Source: Nanobdellota archaeon
GTDB lineage: Archaea; Nanobdellota; Nanobdellia; Woesearchaeales; GW2011-AR4
DNA length: 64,000 nt
Assembly: GCA_038046385.1 (NCBI GenBank)
Contig: JBBSWH010000001.1
Span: 1-64,000 of the forward strand
Reading direction: 5' to 3'
Position 1 is the stretch's first letter, and each line of letters begins with the position of its first letter. Below the pieces are notes generated by a model, which ran no database searches, had not been told where the DNA came from, and saw only the letters and a program-made list of their open reading frames with translations. Below are positions 9,768 to 19,284 of this stretch, piece after piece. A program made the translations under genes and the position numbers.

Positions 9768-11558
9768 ATGGAAAAAAAGGCTGATGTTTTATTTGAAGTT
9801 TCCTGGGAAGTGTGCAATAAAGTCGGCGGAATATACACTGTTGTCAAGTCCAAGGCTGCAAGGATTGTTGAAACTTACGGCAACGCAAATTATTTTCTCA
9901 TAGGGCCTTATTTTGCATCAAAAGCTGTCGGGGATTTTCAGGAAGAGATGCCAAATGACGCATGCAAGGCTGCTTTTGAAGAGCTTAAAAAAATCGGGAT
10001 AATATGCCACTTCGGCAAGTGGCTGATTGAGGGATTTCCCTATACCATTCTGATAGATTTTACAAATTTCAGGAGCAGAACTAATGACATCAAAACAAGA
10101 CTGTGGGAATGGAACAAAGTAGACTCTCTGAAAGCCGGTAATGACTATGACGAGCCGGTTGCATGGGCATATGCAGCAGGAATGCTGATTGATTCACTTT
10201 CGCATTCATACAAAGGCAAAAAAATTGTTGCACAGTTCCATGAATGGCTTGCAGGCGCAGGACTGCTTTATCTTAAAGAAAACAATGAAAAAATAGGAAC
10301 AGTTTTCACAACACATGCAACAATACTTGGAAGAACGCTTTCAAGCTCTGATATTGATCTTTACAATGTCTGGGACAAAATTGAGCCGGACAAGGAAGCC
10401 TACAAATACGGAATCGAAGCAAAGCATTCCCTTGAGAAGGCTTCTGCAAACAGCGCAAGCGTTTTTACAACAGTAAGCGAAATAACCGGAATGGAAGCGC
10501 AGCATCTTCTTGGAAGGAAGCCAGATGTGCTGCTTCTGAACGGGCTGGACATAAGCAAATTCCCGACTTTTGAAGAGCTGATGATAAAGCACCGGCTTCA
10601 GAGAGACAGAATAAGGGAATTCATGATGTATTATTTTTTCCCTTATTACACATTTGATTTAAAGCAAACTCTGGTTTACTTCATTGCCGGAAGATACGAA
10701 TTAAGGGACAAAGGAATTGATGTTTACATAAGGGCGCTTGGCGAATTAAACGAAAAACTCAAGAAATCAAAAAGCAAAAAAACAATAATCTCCTTTATCT
10801 GGGTTCCTGCGAATTTCCGCAATATAAAGACATCACTCCTTGAAAACAAGACATTTTATCAGGACATAAAAGACGGATTTGACGAAGTCAAGGATGATCT
10901 GGAAAAGGATATTGTATACTCTTTTGTTTCAGGCAGCAAGGTCAGCAAGGAATCTTTGTTTGATGAAGAATTCCTCAATGAAATGAAAATAAGAGTTGCA
11001 AAGTTTGTAAAAAAAGGAACTCCTCCTTTATGCACTCATGATTTGTACGAGCAGAATGATGCAATAATAAATGAGCTAAACAGAGCAGGCCTGAACAACA
11101 AGGAAGAAGACAGGGTCAAAATAATTTATTATCCAATCTACCTTAGCGGAGCTGACGGGCTTCTTAATCTGAATTATTACGAGGCGATGCTGGGCTCGCA
11201 TCTTGGAATCTTTCCAAGCTATTACGAGCCGTGGGGATATACTCCTCTTGAAGCAGGCGCGCTTGGAGTATCCTCAATCACAACAGATCTTGCAGGATTT
11301 GGAAGGTATATCTGCACTGACTGCGTTCAGAACGATGAAAGCGGAATCTTCGTGATTAAAAGATTAAACAAAAAGGAAGATGAGGTTGTAAGCCAGCTTG
11401 CCGGCATAATGCACAAGTTTGCAGAGCTTCCACGCGAACAGAGAGTTGCAAACAAGCAGCAGGCAAGAAAATTTGCATCAACATGCGACTGGAAGAATTT
11501 CATCAAGAATTACATTGACGCGCACGATTTGGCGTGCGTTAAACAGCATCATAAATAG
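9768..11558 (+). CDS. Glycogen synthase (GT3 family)
   Basis: FEVSWEVCNKVGGIYTV, HEWLAG, TTHAT, AGRYE..KG.D, PSYYEPWGYTPLE. Confidence 0.92.
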   Translation: MEKKADVLFEVSWEVCNKVGGIYTVVKSKAARIVETYGNANYFLIGPYFASKAVGDFQEEMPNDACKAAFEELKKIGIICHFGKWLIEGFPYTILIDFTNFRSRTNDIKTRLWEWNKVDSLKAGNDYDEPVAWAYAAGMLIDSLSHSYKGKKIVAQFHEWLAGAGLLYLKENNEKIGTVFTTHATILGRTLSSSDIDLYNVWDKIEPDKEAYKYGIEAKHSLEKASANSASVFTTVSEITGMEAQHLLGRKPDVLLLNGLDISKFPTFEELMIKHRLQRDRIREFMMYYFFPYYTFDLKQTLVYFIAGRYELRDKGIDVYIRALGELNEKLKKSKSKKTIISFIWVPANFRNIKTSLLENKTFYQDIKDGFDEVKDDLEKDIVYSFVSGSKVSKESLFDEEFLNEMKIRVAKFVKKGTPPLCTHDLYEQNDAIINELNRAGLNNKEEDRVKIIYYPIYLSGADGLLNLNYYEAMLGSHLGIFPSYYEPWGYTPLEAGALGVSSITTDLAGFGRYICTDCVQNDESGIFVIKRLNKKEDEVVSQLAGIMHKFAELPREQRVANKQQARKFASTCDWKNFIKNYIDAHDLACVKQHHK

Positions 11559-11572
11559 TTTGGGGGTTTAAT

Positions 11573-13372
11573 TTGCAGGTTGCACATAATTTTGGAGAAG
11601 AAGAAGTAAGCTCAAACACGAATGAGAATGCAAGCTTCATGCTTACCAACGGCAACGGAAGCTACTGCAATCTTGCGTGCATTCCATCTTCAAGATACCA
11701 GGGAGTTTCCTTTTTTGACAAAAACGAAAACAGGATGTTTAAGTTCATAGAAAACCTTGAAGTCAAGGGCAACAATTACATAAATTTAATCAGAAACCTG
11801 TTTTATTCTGTAGAACGTAAAAAAGGAACTCTCCTTGAAAAATTCTTCATGCCGAAAGAGCATAATTCAGTGATATACGAGCTGGATGCAGAAAGGCAGG
11901 TCGATATCATAATGGACTGCAGGGAATCATATTCCAACAAAGACTGGGGAAGATTTTATGAAATATTCCAGCAGGACGGATGCGCTGTTGTAAAGTTCAC
12001 GAAAAGGACAGACAGGAATGAAGATGCAACTGACGGCTATGAAGAGTACACTCTTTACATGGCTATAAAGTCAGACAACCCGAACTGCGAGGAAAATTGC
12101 AGATGGGTTGAAAGAAGATATGTTGATGATGAAAAACGCAATTCTAACCCATTCAGGAGGCATGTGTACAATGCTTTGAGGATGGAAGGGTCCAAGTTCG
12201 TATTTTCAATGGCAAGGAGCATGAAAGGCGCGATAGACGAATGCAATAAAGTGTTTGAAAATGCTGAAGGGCTTAAGAACAAAGAAAAAGAAAGATTTTT
12301 TTCTTTGATGAATTCAAAGCAAATATCAAAGGTAATCAAAAGCAAGAAAATTCCTTCTGAAACAAAAGCAGCTTACTTAAATTGCGCAAATTCATTAGGC
12401 AATCTTTCTGTTGATTCAAATGTGTTTGCAGGCCTTCCCTGGTTTTTTCAGTTTTGGACAAGGGATTCGATGATTTCGCTTAAGGCTTTGTCTATCATTG
12501 ACAAGGGTGCTGCTGAAAGCACACTTGGTGCGCATTTAAGCAAGGTCATGGACAATGGAAGACTGCCAAATATTATCGGGCAGAATGGCTTTGGCAATGC
12601 TGATGCTGTTGGATGGATGTTCCTGAGAAACGATATTGGAAACAAAGAGAAAATTGTCTCAGCTGCAGAAAAATCTCTTAATGGGCTGTTAAAGTACTAC
12701 ACAAAAGACAGCTTTGCTTACAATTACGCAAAAGAAACATGGATGGATACGGACTTTGCAAATGACTCAAGAGAAGGGATGAGGATAGAGATGCAGGCAT
12801 TGAGATTGGGATTTTACAAGATGATGCATGAGCTTACGAGTGATGCAAAGTATAAGATTCTTGAAAACCTGCTTAAGGCTAAAGTAAAAGAAAAGTTTTG
12901 GAACGGAAAAGTTTTGGCAGACGGTTTGGGTGATTTTACAGTAAGACCTAATTCATTCATTGCTGCTTATGCGTATCCGGAATTGTTGCCTAAAGATGAA
13001 TGGATGGTTTGTTTTGAAAATTCCCTTAATTCACTTTGGCTTGAATGGGGTGGATTATCAACAATAGACAAAAGCCATTATCTTTTTACAAATTCCCATA
13101 CGGGCGAAGACAGAAAGAGCTATCACAGGGGCGATTCATGGTTCTGGATAAATAATTTGGCTGCGCTTGTTCTTGCAAGAGCTGATAAGGCAAAGTTTAA
13201 GGACAAAATAAATCAAATTATGAAGGCAAGCAAAGAAGAAATATTATGGAAAGGGTGCATAGGATGCCATTCTGAGCTAAGCTCTGCCAAAGAATTGAAA
13301 TCAGAAGGATGCTATAATCAGGCGTGGAGCAACGCGATGTATATGGAGATGGTTGATGAGTTGTATGGATGA
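11573..13372 (+). CDS. Amylo-alpha-1,6-glucosidase (glycogen debranching enzyme)
   Basis: LTNGNGSY, AGLPWFFQFWTRD, TWMDT, RPN, YHRGDSW, QAWS. Confidence 0.88.
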   Translation: MQVAHNFGEEEVSSNTNENASFMLTNGNGSYCNLACIPSSRYQGVSFFDKNENRMFKFIENLEVKGNNYINLIRNLFYSVERKKGTLLEKFFMPKEHNSVIYELDAERQVDIIMDCRESYSNKDWGRFYEIFQQDGCAVVKFTKRTDRNEDATDGYEEYTLYMAIKSDNPNCEENCRWVERRYVDDEKRNSNPFRRHVYNALRMEGSKFVFSMARSMKGAIDECNKVFENAEGLKNKEKERFFSLMNSKQISKVIKSKKIPSETKAAYLNCANSLGNLSVDSNVFAGLPWFFQFWTRDSMISLKALSIIDKGAAESTLGAHLSKVMDNGRLPNIIGQNGFGNADAVGWMFLRNDIGNKEKIVSAAEKSLNGLLKYYTKDSFAYNYAKETWMDTDFANDSREGMRIEMQALRLGFYKMMHELTSDAKYKILENLLKAKVKEKFWNGKVLADGLGDFTVRPNSFIAAYAYPELLPKDEWMVCFENSLNSLWLEWGGLSTIDKSHYLFTNSHTGEDRKSYHRGDSWFWINNLAALVLARADKAKFKDKINQIMKASKEEILWKGCIGCHSELSSAKELKSEGCYNQAWSNAMYMEMVDELYG

Positions 13373-13495
13373 ATTGCGAAGCAATTCAGCTGTATTCGCC
13401 GATAAATGCATTGCATTTTCGGTCGTGCTCGCAAATCATTGATTTGCGACATTTGGTCAAGCTTTTTGCGAACGCAAAAAAGGTTGGGCGGGATC
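13373..13495. repeat. Mosaic hairpin cluster (GCGAAGC minihairpin, degenerate family D copy, family C copy)
   Basis: aattgcGAAgcaatt; tcgcaaatc..gatttgcgaca; tttggtcaagcttttt..aaaaggttg. Flanked by a duplicated gene 3' end. Confidence 0.7.
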
Positions 13496-13548
13496 AACGC
13501 TATGTTTATGGAGATGATTGAGGAAATATATTTATGATTCTAAGCCAG

Positions 13549-14118
13549 TTATTTAGTCAAATCAGCTACAATTCGCTCAAACATGAAATCCGTCTCCGAT
13601 ATCTCTCTTGGCTCTCTTCCCATTAATTCAAAGCCATTTTTCCTGTAAAATTCAAGAGTGCCGGGGAACAAAGTTGCCAATGCAGACATTGTCTTGTACC
13701 CTCTATCCACTGCCTCCTTTTTTACAACTCTCAACAAATCCCTACCTATATGCATGCCATGGTGATCCGGCGCAACGTAATTGCCGTAGAGGAAACATTG
13801 TTCCCTATCTGCGCCGGGCTCTTCTCCGCTTCCCGAAGCAGCAAAAGAAGTTCCGACAAGCATATCTTTACTATTGTAAGCAAAAGCAGCTGCGAACGAC
13901 CTTTCAAGAAATTGATCGAACTTTGAGGAATACTCTCTGATAAATTTTAACATCTGTTCATTAGAATAAACCCTTACTCCGTTATCTATAGAAACTAAAT
14001 GTGCATCCACAACACTTGTAGTTATATGGCTCAGAATATCCAGCTTCATTTTATCTCCTATTTGAGCGGCTTGCCCATTTACTAAAACCTCAATATTTAC
14101 CGAAGAGTTCTCAACCAT
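13549..14118 (-). CDS. GNAT family N-acetyltransferase
   Basis: YVAPDHHGMHIGRDLL, FYRKNGF. Confidence 0.8.
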   Translation of the reverse strand: MVENSSVNIEVLVNGQAAQIGDKMKLDILSHITTSVVDAHLVSIDNGVRVYSNEQMLKFIREYSSKFDQFLERSFAAAFAYNSKDMLVGTSFAASGSGEEPGADREQCFLYGNYVAPDHHGMHIGRDLLRVVKKEAVDRGYKTMSALATLFPGTLEFYRKNGFELMGREPREISETDFMFERIVADLTK

Positions 14119-14127
14119 TTTTTAGAA

Positions 14128-14835
14128 TTAATCCAATGTATAATACATTCTTCTGTTGATTTTACCCTTGTTTTCAACAGAAACCAGGCTTATTTTTCCT
14201 ATTTCAGAAGTGTTCTTTACCTGTGTTCCGCCATCTGCCTGCATGTCTATGCCCGGGATTTCAACAATTCTTAATTCATCAACTTCAGGCGGCATGACAG
14301 AAGCCAGCTTTACAATGCCCGGTATTTTTAATGCTTCTTCCCTTGGAAGAGTATAGATTTTGACATCAATTGCTTTTTGGACATACTCATTTGCCATGTC
14401 AATGTAGCTTTGAATTTTTTCTTTATTTAATGTTTCCAAAGCAAAATCAATCCTTGACTTGTCAACATTCAATTGGTTGCCGGTGCACAATGCGCCTGCT
14501 TCTTTGTAAAGGACTGCATCAATTATATGCGCTGCTGTGTGCATTCGCATCAATCTATACCTTCTGTCCCAGTCAATCTTGCACTTTACTTGGTCGCCTT
14601 GCTTTAACCCTGGCTTTGCAACTTCGTGGCTGATGGTTCCTTCAAACTTGCCAGCATGCACAACAGGATATTCTACACCGTTGCAAACCATTACTCCAAA
14701 ATCAGCAGGCTGGCCGCCGCCTTGAGGGTAGAACGCCGATTGATTCAAGATAACGTACTTGTCATCCTTTACAGATTCAACAACTGCGTCAAACTCTTTA
14801 ATGTAAGAATCGGTCATGTATATTGCGTTTTTCAT
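14128..14835 (-). CDS. alaX: Alanyl-tRNA editing protein AlaX-M
   Basis: FYPQGGGQPAD, RMHTAAH, QADGGTQV; start placed at MKNAIY. Confidence 0.9.
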   Translation of the reverse strand: MKNAIYMTDSYIKEFDAVVESVKDDKYVILNQSAFYPQGGGQPADFGVMVCNGVEYPVVHAGKFEGTISHEVAKPGLKQGDQVKCKIDWDRRYRLMRMHTAAHIIDAVLYKEAGALCTGNQLNVDKSRIDFALETLNKEKIQSYIDMANEYVQKAIDVKIYTLPREEALKIPGIVKLASVMPPEVDELRIVEIPGIDMQADGGTQVKNTSEIGKISLVSVENKGKINRRMYYTLD

Positions 14836-14866
14836 AAAGAAAGGAATTTGAGTATCATTTATAAAA

Positions 14867-15313
14867 TTGATTATTTTGATTGATGGCCATAAAGAAAGGA
14901 TTATAAACACAAACATTTTAGATAACTATAAATTGACAACAACACTAGGAAGAGTAGCTGGAGCCTTTCTTATACTCTTAGGAATTTTTGGCTCTATATG
15001 GGCACTTATAAGTGAAGGATTTAATTTTATAGGTGGTGAAGTGATTATATTGGGTATCATAGCACTTAATTTAACTATTATCCTTTCAGGAGTATTATTT
15101 ATATTAGGAAAAATATGGGGAATATACCTAATAAGGCCGTCTTTAATAATCCTGTCAATATCTTCGCTGGTTTATTTAGGAATGATGCTACCTATTTACT
15201 CATTAATTTCAATTCAAGGATTTGCATCAACAATGGTTACTCTAATTATATTTGGCTTAACTGCTTATAGTTTTAGTTCTACTGCCAAAATACGTTTAAT
15301 AGGAAATCAATAG
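14867..15313 (+). CDS. Hypothetical 4-TM membrane protein
   Basis: Four hydrophobic segments; start uncertain. Confidence 0.55.
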   Translation: MIILIDGHKERIINTNILDNYKLTTTLGRVAGAFLILLGIFGSIWALISEGFNFIGGEVIILGIIALNLTIILSGVLFILGKIWGIYLIRPSLIILSISSLVYLGMMLPIYSLISIQGFASTMVTLIIFGLTAYSFSSTAKIRLIGNQ

Positions 15314-15333
15314 TAAGCGTTTGTTTATAATAA

Positions 15334-15889
15334 TTATTGTTTGATGCCAAAAGCAGCAAGCTCTTCAAGAGTCGGTTCTCTTAGTTGTGGATTTCTAACA
15401 CTACCTAATGTTCCAAGCTGACCACTAACAGTAAGTTCAAAGCCCATTTCTAAAAACTCTTTTAGAATTCTTTCGAAACCTGAGGCGGTATAAAACTCAT
15501 CATTTGTAAATGCATGAATATAGCCATCTCTTCGGTTGTTTAATGGTGCGCCTCTTGGCAGCAATACAGGCTTATTTTCAACAACCTCAACAGAACCGGT
15601 TTTGGCTCCCGGGTCTTGATATTGTTAATGGAACATGTTGTTTAGCATAACCTACTATCTCTCCAAGCTCGCCTTCACGAGACACATCAGTTCCTCCTGA
15701 ATTTATCTTTTCAAGAGATTCTTGCAATTGAGCGTACCTCTTGCGTAAAACCTCTTCATCCCTTAATTGCCGGAAATTAAAATTATGCATTCCAACACGT
15801 ATCAAACTTAAAGCAACAGAAGCAACATTGCTTTCAATAATATCTGGGAATATTGCTGCATGAACGTGTAAAATTGGATAGCTATTCAT
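15334..15889 (-). pseudogene. Probable frameshifted gene (ORFs 15587-15889 and 15334-15564), weak NDP-kinase-like resemblance
   Basis: The second frame is open back to the CCCGGG at ~15608-15613; motifs IFPDII and YIHAFTNDE. Confidence 0.35.
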
Positions 15890-15964
15890 TACCTATGGAA
15901 ACAAAACACCAAATTTAAACTTATCTTAGAAATAAAGAAGAAAAAAATAAAAAAAACTAAGGAA

Positions 15965-16321
15965 TTAATCCTTAGCTAATCCCCAGATTGATTTTACTGC
16001 TACCAATACAGCAGCTGGAGCAACGAAAACTGCAATATTTCCTACAGCTGTTGCCAAGTAGTCGCCTACTAGCCATATCAATTTAAGGTTTTCTGATGCA
16101 GTTCCAGTAGCCATTAAAGCTATTGATGCCACCAAGAATGGTGTTGCTTCCTTCTCGCTTACGTTAAGGATACCCACCACTAGACCCAAAACTATCAATG
16201 CAAGGGTCAACTGTCCAGCCCACTCGCTGAAAAAACTAAGTCCTAATACAAGGGCTATCACAATACCTGCGACAAATGCCCATTGTCCCATTTTACCTGT
16301 CATTTTAACCTCCACCTCCAA
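15965..16321 (-). CDS. Small membrane protein, paralog of 16703-17062
   Basis: GQWAFVAGIVIA, LGLVVGILNVS.KE, VFVAPAA..VA.K..W.LAK. Confidence 0.75.
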   Translation of the reverse strand: MEVEVKMTGKMGQWAFVAGIVIALVLGLSFFSEWAGQLTLALIVLGLVVGILNVSEKEATPFLVASIALMATGTASENLKLIWLVGDYLATAVGNIAVFVAPAAVLVAVKSIWGLAKD

Positions 16322-16333
16322 ATTTTTTTGGAT

Positions 16334-16415
16334 ATCGCAAATTCTTTAGAATTTGCGGGATTGAAAATTGCGAACCAAACATTTTAAGTTGTCCGATTCC
16401 CCCAATTTTCAATAA
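16334..16415 (+). repeat. Family B double-hairpin element
   Basis: cgcaaattctttagaatttgcgg identical to 27324-27346, then attgaaaattg..caattttcaat. Confidence 0.75.
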
Positions 16416-16702
16416 GAATCCAATTAAACACTTTCAAACGAACTTATATTTAAAGATTATGCTTCAAATGGCTATGGATTAATGCTCAAATTTTAAGGAA
16501 AAACCATTAAGTTCTTGATTGAACAAAAAAGTTATTTTAAGCCTTCTTTTAGTCAAAAAAGGTTGAATAAGCCTTTTTTATAGCTAAAATTATAGGAAGG
16601 TTTAAATAGGGTGATTTTCAGAGTAAGTATTCTGGGCACTTAAAGTGCCTGGGAGCTATGAAACAATGTTTCCTGGCTCATGCGTATCACAGGAGGTGAA
16701 CG

Positions 16703-17062
16703 TTGATGGAAAAAATAGGAAATTACTCCTTTATTGCTGGGGTAATAATAGCAATCGTGCTTGGACTGGCAACAGCTCAGCTTGGCGACGCAGCCACATG
16801 GCTTTGGTCATTGCTGGTTGTACTTGGACTTGTAGTAGGGTTCTTGAATGTTTCCGGCAAGGGAACAAGGGACTTCCTATGGGTAACAGTCGCATTGGTG
16901 CTTGTCGCATTTGCAGGCAAGGAGCAAATTGACGGATGGGCGAATGTCCAATTTATCGGAGCATACCTTTCAGGAGTGTTGGGCAACATACTTGCATTCG
17001 TAATACCTGCAAGCGTTGTTGTAGCACTTAAGGAAGTGTGGAACTTAGCAAAAGGCAATTAA
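16703..17062 (+). CDS. Small membrane protein, paralog of 15965-16321
   Basis: GNYSFIAGVIIA, LGLVVGFLNVS.K, AFVIPAS..VALK.VW.LAK. Confidence 0.75.
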   Translation: MMEKIGNYSFIAGVIIAIVLGLATAQLGDAATWLWSLLVVLGLVVGFLNVSGKGTRDFLWVTVALVLVAFAGKEQIDGWANVQFIGAYLSGVLGNILAFVIPASVVVALKEVWNLAKGN

Positions 17063-17068
17063 GCCTTT

Positions 17069-17116
17069 ACTCAAAAATTAATAATTTTTGAGTTCCACAG
17101 AAACTTTGTTTCTGAT
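17069..17116. repeat. Degenerate family D double hairpin, possibly acting as terminator
   Basis: actcaaaaatt..aatttttgagt followed by cagaaac..gtttctg. Confidence 0.45.
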
Positions 17117-17179
17117 GGATATTTTTATTTTTTCTTTTTTCTAACATACCTTTTTAATTGATTATTCATTACTTCCTAT

Positions 17180-17749
17180 ATGGTTCATGTTTCATTAGAA
17201 GATTGTACTCTATCGGTATATAGCATTCCTCAAACCAGATTAGGGAGGAGTTCTAATTTAGAGATGCAACTAAAGTTGCCTAAGATGATTGATTTAACAG
17301 GAATAACTCCACAGATAAATCCTGAAAGATGGGGTCAGGATCATGAAGTTTATAGTTTCAAAGGCCATGGGGCATTATACGTGCCATGCGATTATCATGC
17401 TTATTTTTGGGCAAACGACTATCTTGAAGATATAGGTGAAGACAGAGATGCGCATAATTTTAATTTAGGAAGCATTGAGGGGAGCATGGACAGGAGACAA
17501 TTTCAAAATTTCAGGATGAGCAACATAGATGCTGTCTTAACTGGTCTTGCAGGTCAAGAAGATAAGGGAAGCATCATAAGGACATTAAAATCATATGGCC
17601 CACTCAATTCATATATGGAAAGTTTCTTTGGATGGCTCAACATGTTCATTGAAAGACACGGAGATCTTAGGTGGTATAATCCTTTGGACGGGGAAGATAG
17701 GTACTCTGAAGAGTTCTTTGAAAGATTAAGAAAAGACAGCACACTATAA
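17180..17749 (+). CDS. Hypothetical protein
   Basis: 189-aa ORF with no recognised motif. Confidence 0.6.
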   Translation: MVHVSLEDCTLSVYSIPQTRLGRSSNLEMQLKLPKMIDLTGITPQINPERWGQDHEVYSFKGHGALYVPCDYHAYFWANDYLEDIGEDRDAHNFNLGSIEGSMDRRQFQNFRMSNIDAVLTGLAGQEDKGSIIRTLKSYGPLNSYMESFFGWLNMFIERHGDLRWYNPLDGEDRYSEEFFERLRKDSTL

Positions 17750-17804
17750 ACTTCATAGAAATTACCCAAAACATAATATACTAATAATCCTTCTTTCTTG
17801 ATTC

Positions 17805-18542
17805 ATGGAGATTCTTAAAAACATCAAAATAGTTGATTTTGCGCTTCTGATAGATTCAACTTTAATCATTGCAGATATCCATATTGGGTATGAAGAAGCA
17901 CTGAACAAACAAGGAGTTCTTGTTCCAAGACTGCAGTTTGCTGAAATTGCAGGCAATATGGAAAAAATATTTGCTTCAATTGATAATAAATTGGATAAGG
18001 TAATCATAAACGGAGATCTGAAGCACGAGTTCGGCACAATCTCAGAGCAGGAATGGCGCAACACGCTGAAGTTTCTTGATTTGCTTTCAAAGCACTGCAA
18101 TGAGGTAATCTTAATCAAAGGCAATCATGACAAGATACTGGGGCCGATTGCAAGAAAAAGAAATGTCAGGGTTTTGGAAAACTACGTTTTCAAAGCGAAA
18201 TGCGGCAATGTGCTTGTAACACATGGAGACAAGATTCCTGATGCTAAACTGCTGAAAGAAGCATCTGTTATTGTGATTGGCCATGAGCATCCTGCTATAT
18301 CATTAAGAGATGGCCGAAGAGTTGAATCTTCAAAATGCTTTCTTTCCGGAAAGTACAATGGCAAAAATCTGATAGTGCAGCCTTCTTTCAACACAATGGT
18401 TCCCGGTACAGATGTAACAAGAAACAGAATACTGAGCCCATTGCTTTCCAAAGGGCTTGATGATTTCAGGGTTTATATCGTTGAAGACAAAGTTTATGAT
18501 TTTGGGAAGCTTGGAAAGTTAAGGAAGAAGATGGAAGATTGA
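17805..18542 (+). CDS. Metallophosphoesterase (MJ0037-like, Lhr-associated family)
   Basis: ADIHIG, NGDLKH, GNHD, THGD, GHEHPA, PSFN. Confidence 0.9.
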   Translation: MEILKNIKIVDFALLIDSTLIIADIHIGYEEALNKQGVLVPRLQFAEIAGNMEKIFASIDNKLDKVIINGDLKHEFGTISEQEWRNTLKFLDLLSKHCNEVILIKGNHDKILGPIARKRNVRVLENYVFKAKCGNVLVTHGDKIPDAKLLKEASVIVIGHEHPAISLRDGRRVESSKCFLSGKYNGKNLIVQPSFNTMVPGTDVTRNRILSPLLSKGLDDFRVYIVEDKVYDFGKLGKLRKKMED

Positions 18543-19085
18543 CTATTTATACAGTTTATTTATCAAATCAGCTTTAGTAACCAACCCTACAAAAGTGCCT
18601 TCTTCTGACACAAGAACCATTGGGTAATGCTTCAAAAGATTAGAAACAACCTGTATTGAAGATGTTTTTGACACAATTGGAGGGGATTCCTGCATTATAT
18701 CCCTTACATGATTGGCTTTTTTTTCAAGAAGCGCTTCAAGTATTGTGGATTCTGAAACCATGCCCACAAGCTTGTGGCCATCAATGACTGGAACTTGCGA
18801 TATCTGGAATTTCTTCATTTTTGAGATTGCTTCCTTTACAGGCTCATTTGAAGCAACACTTACTATTTTGGGATTCATTATTTGCCCTGCTTTTATTTCT
18901 TCTTTCTTCTCCAGCTCGCTTAGCGCTTTGAAGATTTTCTGTGTTTTAGTATAAGTCGGGTCTATCCTGCCGGATTCAACCTTTGCAATCAGCGATTGTG
19001 ATACGCCTGACCTGTTCGCAAGCTCTGACTGAGTCATGCCTAGCTTCTTTCTTATTTTTTTTACTTCTTCTAGTTCGTATGACAT
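18543..19085 (-). CDS. XRE-type HTH plus CBS-pair transcriptional regulator
   Basis: RKKLGMTQSELA..SGVSQSLIAKVESGRIDP followed by two CBS domains; start at MSYELE. Confidence 0.9.
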   Translation of the reverse strand: MSYELEEVKKIRKKLGMTQSELANRSGVSQSLIAKVESGRIDPTYTKTQKIFKALSELEKKEEIKAGQIMNPKIVSVASNEPVKEAISKMKKFQISQVPVIDGHKLVGMVSESTILEALLEKKANHVRDIMQESPPIVSKTSSIQVVSNLLKHYPMVLVSEEGTFVGLVTKADLINKLYK

Positions 19086-19284
19086 AACGGCAGACTCCGT
19101 TAACACGTCGCTCAAGTTGGATTTAACAATCCAACGGACATGCAACAAATTTACTTTACTGTACTAGTTAATAATATCTATTATATAAATTATTCCTTTA
19201 GGAATATTTCTGGCAAAAAGGTTTTTAAAAAGAATGGAAGATTAGCCTCTAATGATATTAATTCTTATAAAATGAGGTGGAAAA

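Noticed and set aside
16547-16565. Collapsed family C copy (cttttagtcaaaaaaggttg)
   Set aside because: Too short and degenerate to call.
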